Source: an uncultured Frankiaceae bacterium (GTDB lineage Bacteria; Actinomycetota; Actinomycetes; BP-191). Taken from it: a DNA stretch of 64,000 nucleotides. Below the pieces are notes generated by a model. That model searched no databases, had not been told where the DNA came from, and saw nothing but the letters and a program-made list of their open reading frames with translations. Shown piece after piece: positions 52,797 through 61,919 of this stretch; position 1 is the stretch's first letter, and each line of letters opens with the position of its first letter. The stretch covers positions 15,274 to 79,273 of the forward strand of contig CAZYXZ010000001.1 of the NCBI GenBank assembly GCA_964651395.1, given 5' to 3'. Both the position numbers and the translations under genes were made by a program.

Positions 52797-53288
52797 TCAG
52801 ACTCCTACCGCCGTGATGGGAGTGCTCGGCTGGTTCGTGACGCCTTGCCAGTCCTCGGGCACCAGCACGATTGGTTGTCGCGCGCGGTGTGTCAGCTCGT
52901 AGGTGGTGGACCCGAGCAGCCGTGCTCGCAGTCCTGTGTGGCCGTCGGCACCGACGACGATGAGCGCGGCCTGCTCCCGCTCTGCGGCGGCGATCAGGCC
53001 GTCGGCGGCAGAGTCGTCCTCGACGAGAGCGCAGCGCAGATCGTGGCCGTCTTCGCGACCTGCCTCGGTCCACGGTCCGTGGAGCTTGGCGTGCAGGGCC
53101 GCCTCCCAGTTGGTGAATCCGATGGGAGGCAGGTCTCGGAGAAACTCGCGCGTGTAGGTGAGCACATGAACGGCCACCAGCTCAGCGCCGGACTCGGCTG
53201 CACGCGCGGCGGCCCACTTGAGGGCGCGAGCGGAACCGAGCGAGCCGTTCACGCCGACGAGGATGGTGGGCAACGCCTCCTGCGTCAT
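52797..53288 (-). CDS. Universal stress protein (UspA family)
   Basis: From 'MTQEALPTILVGVNGSLGSARALKWAAARA...ALIVVGADGHTGLRARLLGSTTYELTHRARQPIVLV'. AGGAG SD 8 nt upstream. Confidence 0.75.
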   Translation of the reverse strand: MTQEALPTILVGVNGSLGSARALKWAAARAAESGAELVAVHVLTYTREFLRDLPPIGFTNWEAALHAKLHGPWTEAGREDGHDLRCALVEDDSAADGLIAAAEREQAALIVVGADGHTGLRARLLGSTTYELTHRARQPIVLVPEDWQGVTNQPSTPITAVGV

Positions 53289-53438
53289 GGCCTGCTCCTC
53301 TCGAACGACTGCTCGCTGACTCGATTCTAACACCCAACCGCATATGCGCTAGAGTGGAACAATGCATCGGCGGCCACCGAGGAGGGCGCCATAACGAAGC
53401 TCGACCGGCTGCGTGACACATACGGGCAGAGCCCATGG

Positions 53439-54497
53439 TTGGACAACCTGACCCGGGACTACCTGCGCGACGACACGCTGGAGTGGCTGGTTCACTGCGG
53501 CATCCGTGGCGTGACCGCCAATCCGAGCATCTTCGCCAAGGCGATCGAAGGATCCGACGCCTACGACGACGACTTCGCAGCCGCCATGGCCAGCGGCCAG
53601 GACGTCGACGCCGCCTACTGGGCCCTCGTCGCCAGCGACGTGACCGGTGCACTGCGGGTGCTTCGTCCGACGTTCGAGGCGAGTGGCGGCGTCGACGGGT
53701 TCGTCTCAGTCGAGATCGCTCCGGAACTGGCGCACGACACCGCAGGCAGCGTCCAGGCGGCGCGAGCACTGCGGCAGTGCATCACCGCCCCGAACCTGTA
53801 CGTGAAGGTCCCCGCGACACCGGAGGGCATCCCGGCGATCCGCACGCTGGTCGGCGAAGGACAAAGCATCAACATCACGCTGCTGTTCTCGCTCGGCCGC
53901 TACGCGCAGGTCATCGAGGCCTACCTGAGCGGACTCGAGCACCTGGCAGGTCAAGGGACGGACCTCGCTGGCGTAAGCACCGTCGCGTCCTTCTTCGTCA
54001 GCCGGGTGGACACCGAGGTGGACCGTCGACTGGAGGCGGACGGCAGCGCCCACGCGCTCGCCTTGCGGGGAAGGGCTGCGATTGCGCAGGCGCGTGTCGC
54101 GTACGCGACGTTCCAGGCGGCGTTCGCCGGCGAGCGGTGGGACAGGCTTGCGGCGCGCGGCGCCCGCCCCCAGCGGCTGCTGTGGGCCTCGACGTCGACG
54201 AAGCACCCCGACTACCCCGACACGCGCTACGTCGACGCCCTGATCGGACCCGACACCGTGAACACACTCACCGAGGCGACGATCGCCGCGTTCGAAGACC
54301 ACGGGACGCTGCAGCGAAGCATCGACCTCAACATCGACGAGGCATTCGGCGATCTGGTGGCGCTGAAGCGGGCCGGTATCGACCTGGACGACGTTGGCCG
54401 CGCACTCGAAGAGGCCGGTGTGGCCCGCTTCCTCGCCGACCTCGAACACCTGCGCACGGTCCTGACTGAGAAGGCCGCGCGCCTCGCGGCGGCCTGA
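53439..54497 (+). CDS. tal: Transaldolase
   Basis: 'SPWLDNLTRDYLRDDTLEWLVHCGIRGVTANPSIFAKAI', 'VSVEIAPELAHD', 'NITLLFS'. The start is probably a few codons upstream of the TTG (the in-frame upstream 'TKLDRLRDTYGQ' has no ATG/GTG). Confidence 0.85.
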   Translation: MDNLTRDYLRDDTLEWLVHCGIRGVTANPSIFAKAIEGSDAYDDDFAAAMASGQDVDAAYWALVASDVTGALRVLRPTFEASGGVDGFVSVEIAPELAHDTAGSVQAARALRQCITAPNLYVKVPATPEGIPAIRTLVGEGQSINITLLFSLGRYAQVIEAYLSGLEHLAGQGTDLAGVSTVASFFVSRVDTEVDRRLEADGSAHALALRGRAAIAQARVAYATFQAAFAGERWDRLAARGARPQRLLWASTSTKHPDYPDTRYVDALIGPDTVNTLTEATIAAFEDHGTLQRSIDLNIDEAFGDLVALKRAGIDLDDVGRALEEAGVARFLADLEHLRTVLTEKAARLAAA

Positions 54498-54541
54498 CCG
54501 CACAGCTCCCATCAGCCTCTGCCCCGACGGGATGGTGAACG

Positions 54542-54877
54542 GTGATGCAGAAGTTCTCGCTCGCAGCGCTCGCCCGTGAACTCCTCGAACGCGTGGACGA
54601 GGCCGGCGGCGGGCACACGGCGCAGACCGTCGTCGGCGGGCATGAGCGTGTCCTGCGTCAGACCGTGCTGGCCTTGCGCAGAGGCGCGACGCTCGCTGAC
54701 CACGAGAACCCCGGCGAGGCGACCGTCCAGGTACTCAAGGGCCGGGTCGTGCTGACCAGCGGCGATGCGTCCTGGGAGGGCCGAACCGGCGACCTGATCG
54801 TCGTCCCGGACGCCCGACACAACCTGACTGCCCTGGAAGAGTCAGCGGTGCTGCTGACCGTGGCGAAACTGCCGTGA
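54542..54877 (+). CDS. Cupin-domain protein
   Basis: 'HTAQTVVGGHERVLRQTVLALRRGATLADHENPGEATVQVLKGRVVL...GDLIVVP' is a cupin beta-barrel pattern. Confidence 0.55.
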   Translation: MMQKFSLAALARELLERVDEAGGGHTAQTVVGGHERVLRQTVLALRRGATLADHENPGEATVQVLKGRVVLTSGDASWEGRTGDLIVVPDARHNLTALEESAVLLTVAKLP

Positions 54878-54891
54878 CCGCCAGTGGGCCG

Positions 54892-55239
54892 CTAAGGGAG
54901 TGCGTTGAGCAGTCCGGGCGGCGCGTCCGGACCGAACGCGCTGACCAGCACTCCTCGGGCACCACAGAATGTGCAGCACAGCCCCAGGACGATCGCTTCG
55001 TCACCAGGGTCGCTCGGTCCTTCGAAGCGGAACTGCCGCTCGATGATGCTGTGGCCCAGCTCGTGGCGGCCCTGACAGGACGGGCACTCGGCCGCTCCAC
55101 CGCGCAGGTTGAAGTCTTCGGTGTATCCCTCGCGGGCCAAGAGGTCGAGGGCCTCGGTCACGGTCGACGGCGAGGAACTCACGCGTCTCACCTCCCACCG
55201 CCACGCAGGCGCTGCACCGCGATGACGGACATCGGACAT
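54892..55239 (-). CDS. Hypothetical Cys-containing protein divergent from nirK
   Basis: ORF 'ECPSCQGRHELGHSIIERQFRFEGPSDPGDEAIVLGLCCTFCGARGVLV'. No family recognised; start uncertain. Confidence 0.3.
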   Translation of the reverse strand: MSDVRHRGAAPAWRWEVRRVSSSPSTVTEALDLLAREGYTEDFNLRGGAAECPSCQGRHELGHSIIERQFRFEGPSDPGDEAIVLGLCCTFCGARGVLVSAFGPDAPPGLLNALP

Positions 55240-55292
55240 TGCACGCAGACGAGCAGGCTAGCGGGTCGGCAGATGCGACCGGAGGGCAGGAC

Positions 55293-56678
55293 ATGAGCGC
55301 GACGCAGACGCCATCACCAGCCGCGGAGCCCTCCAGCGGCCGGGGGCTCATCGTCTTCGCCGTCGTGCTCTCCGGTGTCGCGCTCGCGCTTGCTGCGGTC
55401 GGCGTCGGCAAGCTGTCCAGCGACGACGCGTTCCCCGCGGCAAGCACCGGTACGACGGGCACCAAGACCATCGACGTCGAGCTGGGAGAGCTGTTCATCC
55501 GCGGCAGCTCCACCGCGGCGGCCGCCGGCGAGCGGATCGTGTTCACCGTGCGCAACAGCGGCAAGGCACAGCACAACTTCGTGTCTAGCAGCGGGGCGGC
55601 GACACCCCTGCTCGACCCAGGGGGGAGCGCCCGACTCGAAGCCGGTCCGTTCGACAAGACCGTCGAGTTCATCTGCAGCGTCCCCGGTCACGCGCAAGCC
55701 GGCATGACGATGACCTTGGCCATCAGCGGCGCCACCGGGGCATCACCGGCGGCCGCGGACACCCCCGACGACACGGCGAAGATCGACTTCTCCGCCGCGC
55801 CGGCCGCCGGCTGGCAGGTCCGCGACCCGCGCCTCCCCGCAGCTCCGGCCGGGCGCGTGCACCGGGTCACGATGCGCGCGCTCGAGAAGGTCATGGAGGT
55901 CGCACCTGGGGTGAAGCAGGAGGTGTGGACGTTCGAAGGCATCTCTCCCGGGCCGGCTCTGCGCGGTCGAGTCGGCGACATCTTTGAGGTCACACTGCGC
56001 AACGAGGGCAAGGTCGCGCACTCGATCGACTTCCACGCCTCGAAGGTCGCGTGGAACGACGAGATGCGCAGCATCGGCCCCGGCGAGTCGCTGGTCTACC
56101 GCTACGAGGCGAAGCACAGCGGCGTGTTCATGTACCACTGCGGCACCGCCCCCGCGCTGCACCACATCGGCAACGGCATGTTCGGGGCCATCGTCATCGA
56201 CCCGCCCAACCTTCCGCCGGTCGACCACGAGTACCTGCTGGTGCAGTCCGAGCTCTACACCGGTCCGCAGAGCAAGCCCGGTGACCTGGCGAAGATGCAG
56301 CAGTCACGCTGGGATGCGGTGGTGTTCAACGGCTACGTCAACCAATACCAGCACAAGCCGATCCGTGTGGAGCCCGGACAACGGGTGCGTACCTACGTCT
56401 TGGACGCGGGCCCGAACGAGCACAGCTCGTTCCACATCGTCGGCACCATCTTCGACACGCTGTTCAAGGAGGGCGCGTACCAGCTCCGGCCGGATGCGAG
56501 CCGCGGGGGCGCGCAGGCGCTGGACCTGCAGCCGGCGCAGGGTGGTTTCGTCGAGTTCACCCTTGATGAGGCGGGCCTCTATCCGTTCATCACGCACAAG
56601 TTCGCCAACGTCGGTATCGGGGCGCTCGGCGTCTTCCAAGCCGGCGAGGTTGCGCCGGGTGCGATGGGCGGGCACTGA
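55293..56678 (+). CDS. nirK: Copper-containing nitrite reductase with N-terminal membrane anchor and extra cupredoxin domain
   Basis: N-terminal TM, then cupredoxin 'VEFICSVPGHAQAGMTM'. NirK core 'HSIDFHAS', 'MYHCGTAPALHHIGNGMFGAIVI', 'HIVG'. GGAGGG SD. Confidence 0.85.
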   Translation: MSATQTPSPAAEPSSGRGLIVFAVVLSGVALALAAVGVGKLSSDDAFPAASTGTTGTKTIDVELGELFIRGSSTAAAAGERIVFTVRNSGKAQHNFVSSSGAATPLLDPGGSARLEAGPFDKTVEFICSVPGHAQAGMTMTLAISGATGASPAAADTPDDTAKIDFSAAPAAGWQVRDPRLPAAPAGRVHRVTMRALEKVMEVAPGVKQEVWTFEGISPGPALRGRVGDIFEVTLRNEGKVAHSIDFHASKVAWNDEMRSIGPGESLVYRYEAKHSGVFMYHCGTAPALHHIGNGMFGAIVIDPPNLPPVDHEYLLVQSELYTGPQSKPGDLAKMQQSRWDAVVFNGYVNQYQHKPIRVEPGQRVRTYVLDAGPNEHSSFHIVGTIFDTLFKEGAYQLRPDASRGGAQALDLQPAQGGFVEFTLDEAGLYPFITHKFANVGIGALGVFQAGEVAPGAMGGH

Positions 56679-56701
56679 TCGCGTCCAGATCGCCGGCGCC
56701 G

Positions 56702-57934
56702 GTGGCTCCGTTCGCTGTCGCGCGGCGCAGCGTCGTGGTGGCCGCCGGGTACGCCATCGCGGCCCTGGCGTGGGCGCTCACCGGTGATGCGCTGCCGGGG
56801 GGTCGATGGTTGGCGCTCCACTTGTTCACGCTCGGCACGCTGACGAACGCGGTGAGCGCACTGAGCCTGCACTTCGGGCAAACCCTGCTGCATGCGCGTC
56901 CAGACCGCCAACGCGAGCTGCCACGGCTGGCGATGCGCAACGTCGCAGTCCTTGGCGTGCTGCTCGGCGTGGCCACCGGATGGACGCCTGCTGTCGCGGC
57001 CGGCTCAACGGTGCTCGCCGCCGATGTGTTCATCACGTGGTGGCTGCTCCGCCGCGCGCGGAAGCACTCCCTACCTGGCCGGTTCGGGTTCGTTGTGCGC
57101 ACCTATGAACGCGCGTGCGGCGCCTTCCTGCATGGCGCGCTGCTGGGAGCACTGCTCGGCACGGGTGTGCTGCGTGGCCGCTGGTACAGCGCGGGGCGGA
57201 TGGCCCACCTGCACGTGATGCTCCTCGGCTGGGCGGGGCTGCCGATCCTGGCCACCGTCGTGTTCTTCGTCCCCACTCTGGCGCGCGCACGCATCATGCC
57301 CGGTGCTGACGTGGCTTCCGCGCGTGCATTGCGGCTGGCGCCCACCGCGCTGACCGTCGCGACGCTCTCGCTGCTGCTCACCGGAGTCGGTGGCAACGCC
57401 GGCACCGGCTTGCGACTGCTCGCCGGCGCCGCGGTGCTCGTGTTCGCGGGTGCCGCTGCAGTGGTCGGCGTGTGGGCCTGGCGGGCTGGGACGGGGGCAG
57501 CACCACCCGGATCGGCGACGCTGATCCGCTACGCCTGCCTGGCGCTGCCCGCGGCCTGCTCCGCGCAGGCCACGCTCCTCATGCTGGACGAGACCGCGGC
57601 GATGGTCGCCGTCGGAGCGTTCTACCTCACCTCGGTGCTGGCCGCCTCGCTGCTCGGCAGCGCTCCGTACTTCCTCGTCATGTCCTCCCCAGCCGAGGCA
57701 CCCGAACGACGCCGGGTACTGGAACGCGTCGCCCGCGGAGGAAGGCACCGGCTCATGCTTCTGGTCGCGGCGTCAACACTGCTCACGCTGACCCACGCTG
57801 TCCGCGACAGCGGGGGCTGGACCGCCGGCGCGCAGCGTCTCGCCTGGGCGGCGCTGTTGGTCACGGCAGCCTGGACGTTGGGCAGTGTGCATATCGGATG
57901 GCCGAAGCTCGCGAAGCGACCTAGGGTCATGTGA
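56702..57934 (+). CDS. Polytopic membrane protein, NnrS-like (NO-response-associated)
   Basis: 410 aa, about 10-12 TM helices with conserved His ('LHLFTLGTLTNAVSALSLHF', 'MAHLHVMLLGWAGL'). Immediately downstream of nirK. Assignment by context and topology. Confidence 0.45.
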   Translation: MAPFAVARRSVVVAAGYAIAALAWALTGDALPGGRWLALHLFTLGTLTNAVSALSLHFGQTLLHARPDRQRELPRLAMRNVAVLGVLLGVATGWTPAVAAGSTVLAADVFITWWLLRRARKHSLPGRFGFVVRTYERACGAFLHGALLGALLGTGVLRGRWYSAGRMAHLHVMLLGWAGLPILATVVFFVPTLARARIMPGADVASARALRLAPTALTVATLSLLLTGVGGNAGTGLRLLAGAAVLVFAGAAAVVGVWAWRAGTGAAPPGSATLIRYACLALPAACSAQATLLMLDETAAMVAVGAFYLTSVLAASLLGSAPYFLVMSSPAEAPERRRVLERVARGGRHRLMLLVAASTLLTLTHAVRDSGGWTAGAQRLAWAALLVTAAWTLGSVHIGWPKLAKRPRVM

Positions 57935-58272
57935 TGGCGGCAGTTGGCGGTGCCGGGCGGTGCGTGTTCGCGCTGCTCACGCTGCTGCTTGCCCTAGGCG
58001 CGGCATCTGCCTCGCACACCCTGGCAACGTCGCCACCAGTCGAGCGGACGACCGCCGACAATGACGTGGTCCTGCTCAACGCCAGTGCGCCGGCAACGAT
58101 TCGCCATGCGGTGCAGCGAAGCGGCATGCTGGGCGCCCTGCCCGATCGGGCGGTCGTGGCTGCGCCGCCCATCGGTGACACAGATGCACCCCGGTGGGGG
58201 AGCCCCGAGTTCGCGGCGGCGCGACAGTTCGACTCTTGGATCGCCGAACGCGCTCCGCCCGTCAGCTCCTGA
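57931..58272 (+). CDS. Small secreted hypothetical protein
   Basis: Signal peptide 'AGRCVFALLTLLLALGAASA'. Start overlaps the upstream stop. Confidence 0.35.
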   Translation: MMAAVGGAGRCVFALLTLLLALGAASASHTLATSPPVERTTADNDVVLLNASAPATIRHAVQRSGMLGALPDRAVVAAPPIGDTDAPRWGSPEFAAARQFDSWIAERAPPVSS

Positions 58273-58333
58273 GTTCCCGTGACACCGCGGCCGCCGGCTG
58301 GTGGCCGTCGGCCTTCCGCATGTCCTTCAGGAG

Positions 58334-58681
58334 ATGACCATGACCGCCGCTTCCCACGCGCCCATCCGCGGGCGACCCGATCTCACCTCGCAGGATCTCC
58401 GCGAGCTGGCCCGGATGCTGCGCGAGCACCGCCAGGCCCGAGCGGACCAGCTGATCGCCCTTCAACTGAACGACCCAGCGGGGGGCGAGCTCGACGTGGA
58501 GTCGCGCCTGCGCGCGGAGACCGTCGCGCGTGCGGTGCTCGAGCTCGTCGACGGTGCCCTGACACGGATGGGGGAGGGCGGCTACGGCTGGTGCGTGCGC
58601 TGCCTGGAGCCGATCCCGATGGAGCGGCTGTTCGTCATGCCCTACGTCGCGTACTGCGTGCCCTGCCAGGTCAGCGCCTGA
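58334..58681 (+). CDS. DksA/TraR-family C4-type zinc-finger protein
   Basis: 'GYGWCVRCLEPIPMERLFVMPYVAYCVPCQ' (CxxC-x17-CxxC) with a preceding coiled-coil region. CAGGAG SD. Confidence 0.7.
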   Translation: MTMTAASHAPIRGRPDLTSQDLRELARMLREHRQARADQLIALQLNDPAGGELDVESRLRAETVARAVLELVDGALTRMGEGGYGWCVRCLEPIPMERLFVMPYVAYCVPCQVSA

Positions 58682-58730
58682 GCGCCCGTCGGCCGGCAGC
58701 ACTGTCGCTGCCGGCCGGCGGGGCGCTCGG

Positions 58731-59963
58731 TCAGGCGAACTTGTCCGGGTGCTGGGCGATGATGCCGTCGGTGAGCATGTCGGCCATGTGCAGGATCTGC
58801 GTGTGGATCAGGTCGTAGTCGGCGATGTCGGCGGCGAAGTCGCCTTGGAGCCGGTGCACGGCCTCGCTGAGCGTGTGGTCGAGGTGTTCGCGCATCATCG
58901 TGCGGCCTTCGCTGGCTGGCCAGTTCTCCGGGTTGGCCTGCGCGAGGAAGTCGGCGATCAGATCGGCGTTGGCGTACCACGTGGTCTTGGTCGTGGTCAC
59001 CTTCGCGGTGTCGCCGGCCTTCGCCGCGCCGACCAGGTCAGCGGCGACGAGGATGTGCTCCTTGAGCAGCCGGGTCAGCTCAGTACCGGCGGCGTCGCCG
59101 TAGATCGGCTTGATCGCATCGCCGATGTCGTCCTGGTTCTTGAGCAGCCGCTTCGCGACGAGGTCGGTGTCAGCTGCACCGTCAGCCGCGGCCAGGATGA
59201 ACAGCCGGGTCCAGACGATGTGGTCCTCCCACAGCCGGTGCAGTCCGAGTCGCAGCTCGGTGGACTTGCTCGGCTTCGTGAGCGGCCCGAACTTGTCGGG
59301 GTGCTGGGCGATGATGCCGTCGGCGAGCATGTCAGCCATGTGCAGGATCTGCGTGTGGATCAGATCCCAGTCGGCGATGTCGGCGGCGAAGTCACCTTGG
59401 AGCCGGTGCACGGCCTCGTCGAGGGTGTGGTCGAGGTGTTCGCGCATCATCGCGCGGCCTTCGCTGGCCGGCCAGTGCTCCGGGTTGGCACCAGCGAGGA
59501 AGTCGGCGATCTTGTCGCCGTTGGCGTACCACGTCGCCTTGGTCGTGGTCACCTTCGCGGTGTCGCCAGCCTTCGCTGCGCCGACGAGTTCGGCGGCGAC
59601 GAGGATGTGCTCCTTGAGCAGCCGGGTCAGCTCAGTACCGGCGGCGTCGCCGTAGATCGGCTTGATCGCATCGCCGATGTCGTCCTGGTTCTTGAGCAGC
59701 CGCTGCGCGGCGAGGTCGGTGTCAGCTGCGCCGTCAGCCGCGGCGAGGATGAACAGCCGTGTCCAGGCGATGTGGTCCTCCCACAGCCGGTGCAGCCCGA
59801 TTCGCAGCTCGTCCTGCTTGGCGGAGGCTTCGCTTGCGGCGACGCTCGGGCCCGACGCGTGGGTGTCGGTGTGACTTTCCGGGTCGGTTGAGCACGCTGC
59901 GGCGAGCAGCGGTGCGGCCAGGACGCCGGCGGCGATCAGGGTGCGCATGCGGGTCAGTTTCAT
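58731..59963 (-). CDS. Lipoprotein with two near-identical about 183-aa helical domains (internal tandem duplication)
   Basis: Signal/lipobox 'LAAPLLAAAC'. Two copies of 'LRxGLHRLWEDHIxWTRLFILAAADGAADTDL...IHTQILHMADML(A/T)DGIIAQHPDKF'. Confidence 0.55.
   Translation of the reverse strand: MKLTRMRTLIAAGVLAAPLLAAACSTDPESHTDTHASGPSVAASEASAKQDELRIGLHRLWEDHIAWTRLFILAAADGAADTDLAAQRLLKNQDDIGDAIKPIYGDAAGTELTRLLKEHILVAAELVGAAKAGDTAKVTTTKATWYANGDKIADFLAGANPEHWPASEGRAMMREHLDHTLDEAVHRLQGDFAADIADWDLIHTQILHMADMLADGIIAQHPDKFGPLTKPSKSTELRLGLHRLWEDHIVWTRLFILAAADGAADTDLVAKRLLKNQDDIGDAIKPIYGDAAGTELTRLLKEHILVAADLVGAAKAGDTAKVTTTKTTWYANADLIADFLAQANPENWPASEGRTMMREHLDHTLSEAVHRLQGDFAADIADYDLIHTQILHMADMLTDGIIAQHPDKFA
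58738..59830. repeat. Tandem direct duplication, about 2 x 550 bp at about 93% nucleotide identity, within the lipoprotein gene
   Basis: 58738-59287 and 59288-59830 align nearly base-for-base (e.g. 'gaacttgtc(c/g)gggtgctgggcgatgatgccgtcgg(t/c)gagcatgtc(g/a)gccatgtgcaggatctgcgtgtggatcag...'). Confidence 0.7.
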
Positions 59964-59989
59964 GGTGAGCTCCTCTGGCTCGGTTGTGG

Positions 59990-61234
59990 TTAGCCGGCGG
60001 CCGCGACAACGCGGCTCGTCAGCTCGGCGAGCGGAATGGTGGGGTCGGCCAACGCGGCGTGGCGGATCGGCTGCTGGTCGCGGATGAGCTGCTGGATGGT
60101 GTCGTTGACGTCCCAGGTGTTGGCGTTCATGCCTGCCACGACACGTCCGTCGCGGAGCCAGAACGCGAGGAACTCGCGTGATGCGGGATCTCCGCGGAAG
60201 ACGACCTGGTCGCCGGGTGCAGAGTGGCCGGCGTACTCCATGCCGAGGTCGTACTGGTCGGAGAAGAAGTACGGAATCCGCTCATAGCTGACCGCGTGGC
60301 CGAGCATGTTCTTGGCCGCGGTGATGCCCTGGTGCAGCGCGTTGGCCCAGTGCTCGACGCGCAGTCGGGCGCCCAGGAGCGGATGGAACGCGTTGGCGAC
60401 GTCACCAGCGGCGTAGATGTCCGGCGCGCTGGTGTGCAGGTGGTGGTCGACGAGGATGCCGTTGTCGACGGCGAGACCGGCCGCCTGTGCGAGCCCGGTC
60501 CGCGGGACCACGCCAATGCCGACGACGACGAGGTCGGCGTCGATGCGCTGCCCGTCGCTGGTTCGCACTCCCTCGACGCGGGTGGTGCCGTCGATGCTGC
60601 TGACCTCGCTGCCGAGGCGCAGGGTGACGCCGTTCTCAGCGTGCAGATCCCGGTAGACGGTGGCGACCTCGCGGCCGAGGACCCGCTCGAGCGGGAGCGG
60701 CGACGGGTCGATCATCGTGACGGGCAGACCGAGGGTGCGCAGCGAGGCGGTGACCTCGCTGCCGATCCAGCCGGCGCCGACGACCACGGCGGCGCGGGCG
60801 GACGATGCCGCCTCACGCAGCCGGTCGGCGTCGTGCAGCGTGCGCAGGTAGTGGACGCCGTCCAGACGTGCGCCGGGCAGATCGAGCCGGCGCGGTTCGG
60901 CGCCGGTGGCCAGCAGCAGGCTGTCGTAGTGCAGCTCTTCGAGGTCATCCAGGGTGACCTGCTGGGCGTGCGGGTCGACGCCGGTGACGCCGACGCCGGT
61001 GCGCAGCTCGACGCCTTCGGTCGCGTAGAAGTGGGCGTCGTGGACGTAGACCTTCTCCTGGTCCTTGGTGCCGGTGAGGTAGCCCTTGGACAGAGCCGGC
61101 CGCTCGTAGGGGCGGTCGGCTTCGGCGCCGATGAGTACGATGCGCCCGTCGAAGCCTTCCGCGCGCAGCGTCTCAGCGGCCTTCGCGCCGGCGAGGCTGG
61201 CCCCGGCGATGACGTGGGTGAGTGGCGCGGTCAT
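59990..61234 (-). CDS. FAD-dependent NAD(P)H:ferredoxin/rubredoxin reductase-family oxidoreductase
   Basis: 'HVIAGASLAGAKAAETL' (FAD GxGxxG), 'AVVVGAGWIGSEVTASL' (NAD), 'IYAAGDVA'. Confidence 0.8.
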   Translation of the reverse strand: MTAPLTHVIAGASLAGAKAAETLRAEGFDGRIVLIGAEADRPYERPALSKGYLTGTKDQEKVYVHDAHFYATEGVELRTGVGVTGVDPHAQQVTLDDLEELHYDSLLLATGAEPRRLDLPGARLDGVHYLRTLHDADRLREAASSARAAVVVGAGWIGSEVTASLRTLGLPVTMIDPSPLPLERVLGREVATVYRDLHAENGVTLRLGSEVSSIDGTTRVEGVRTSDGQRIDADLVVVGIGVVPRTGLAQAAGLAVDNGILVDHHLHTSAPDIYAAGDVANAFHPLLGARLRVEHWANALHQGITAAKNMLGHAVSYERIPYFFSDQYDLGMEYAGHSAPGDQVVFRGDPASREFLAFWLRDGRVVAGMNANTWDVNDTIQQLIRDQQPIRHAALADPTIPLAELTSRVVAAAG

Positions 61235-61262
61235 GAGCGGGCCTCCTGGTCGGTGCGGGCGG

Positions 61263-61919
61263 TCATCGCAGGGCGCCGGTGAGGGCGAAGAACTCGCTGC
61301 GGGTGGCCTGGTCGTGGCGGAGCAGGCCGTGCAGTGCGCTGGTCAGGGTCCGCGAGCCGTGCGCGCGGACACCGCGCAGCGACATGCATTGGTGCTCGGC
61401 TTCGAGGACGACCGCGACACCTTTGGGACGTAGGTACTCGTCGAGGCAGTTGGCGACGTGTTGGGTGAGCCGCTCCTGAACCTGCAGGCCGCGGGCGAAG
61501 TGTTCGACGGTCCGGGCGAGCTTGCTCAGTCCCACGATCTGACCGGCCGGGAGGTAGCCGACGTGGGCGATGCCGGTGAACGGCAGCAGGTGGTGCTCGC
61601 AGAGGGAGTGGAAGGGGATGTCGCGGGCGAGGACGAGCTCGTCATAGCCCTCCTCGTTGGGGAACGTGGTGAGGGTGAACGGGCGCGGTGTGAGCATCTC
61701 GGCGTAGGCGGCGGCGACTCGGCGCGGCGTCTCCCGCAGATGCGCGGCTTCGGGGTCCTGGCCGAGGGCGGTCAGCAGCGCACGGACGGCGTCCTCGGCG
61801 TCGCGGAGGTCGATGGCTCTCGCTTCGCCAACGACCCGCAGCGGCGCGGGCGACGACGGCCACGCCACCCCTTCCAGGCTGTCCGAGTCGGTGCTGCTGC
61901 TGGAGTCGAGCAGGGTCAT
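61263..61919 (-). CDS. folE: GTP cyclohydrolase I
   Basis: 'FHSLCEHHLLPFTGIAHVGYLP', 'HQCMSLRGV' are canonical FolE motifs. Confidence 0.85.
   Translation of the reverse strand: MTLLDSSSSTDSDSLEGVAWPSSPAPLRVVGEARAIDLRDAEDAVRALLTALGQDPEAAHLRETPRRVAAAYAEMLTPRPFTLTTFPNEEGYDELVLARDIPFHSLCEHHLLPFTGIAHVGYLPAGQIVGLSKLARTVEHFARGLQVQERLTQHVANCLDEYLRPKGVAVVLEAEHQCMSLRGVRAHGSRTLTSALHGLLRHDQATRSEFFALTGALR

Noticed and set aside
53361-53400. ATG-initiated mini-ORF 'MHRRPPRRAP' upstream of transaldolase as its start
   Set aside because: Out of frame with the transaldolase frame. The tal N-terminus (TKLDRLRDTYGQSPWLDNL) is in frame upstream of the TTG but lacks an obvious canonical start, so the exact start is left uncertain.
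58738-59830. Possible CRISPR or other non-coding array, suggested by the long direct repeat
   Set aside because: Only two copies, about 550 bp each, in frame within a lipoprotein gene and encoding duplicated protein domains. No short repeat-spacer periodicity anywhere in the window.
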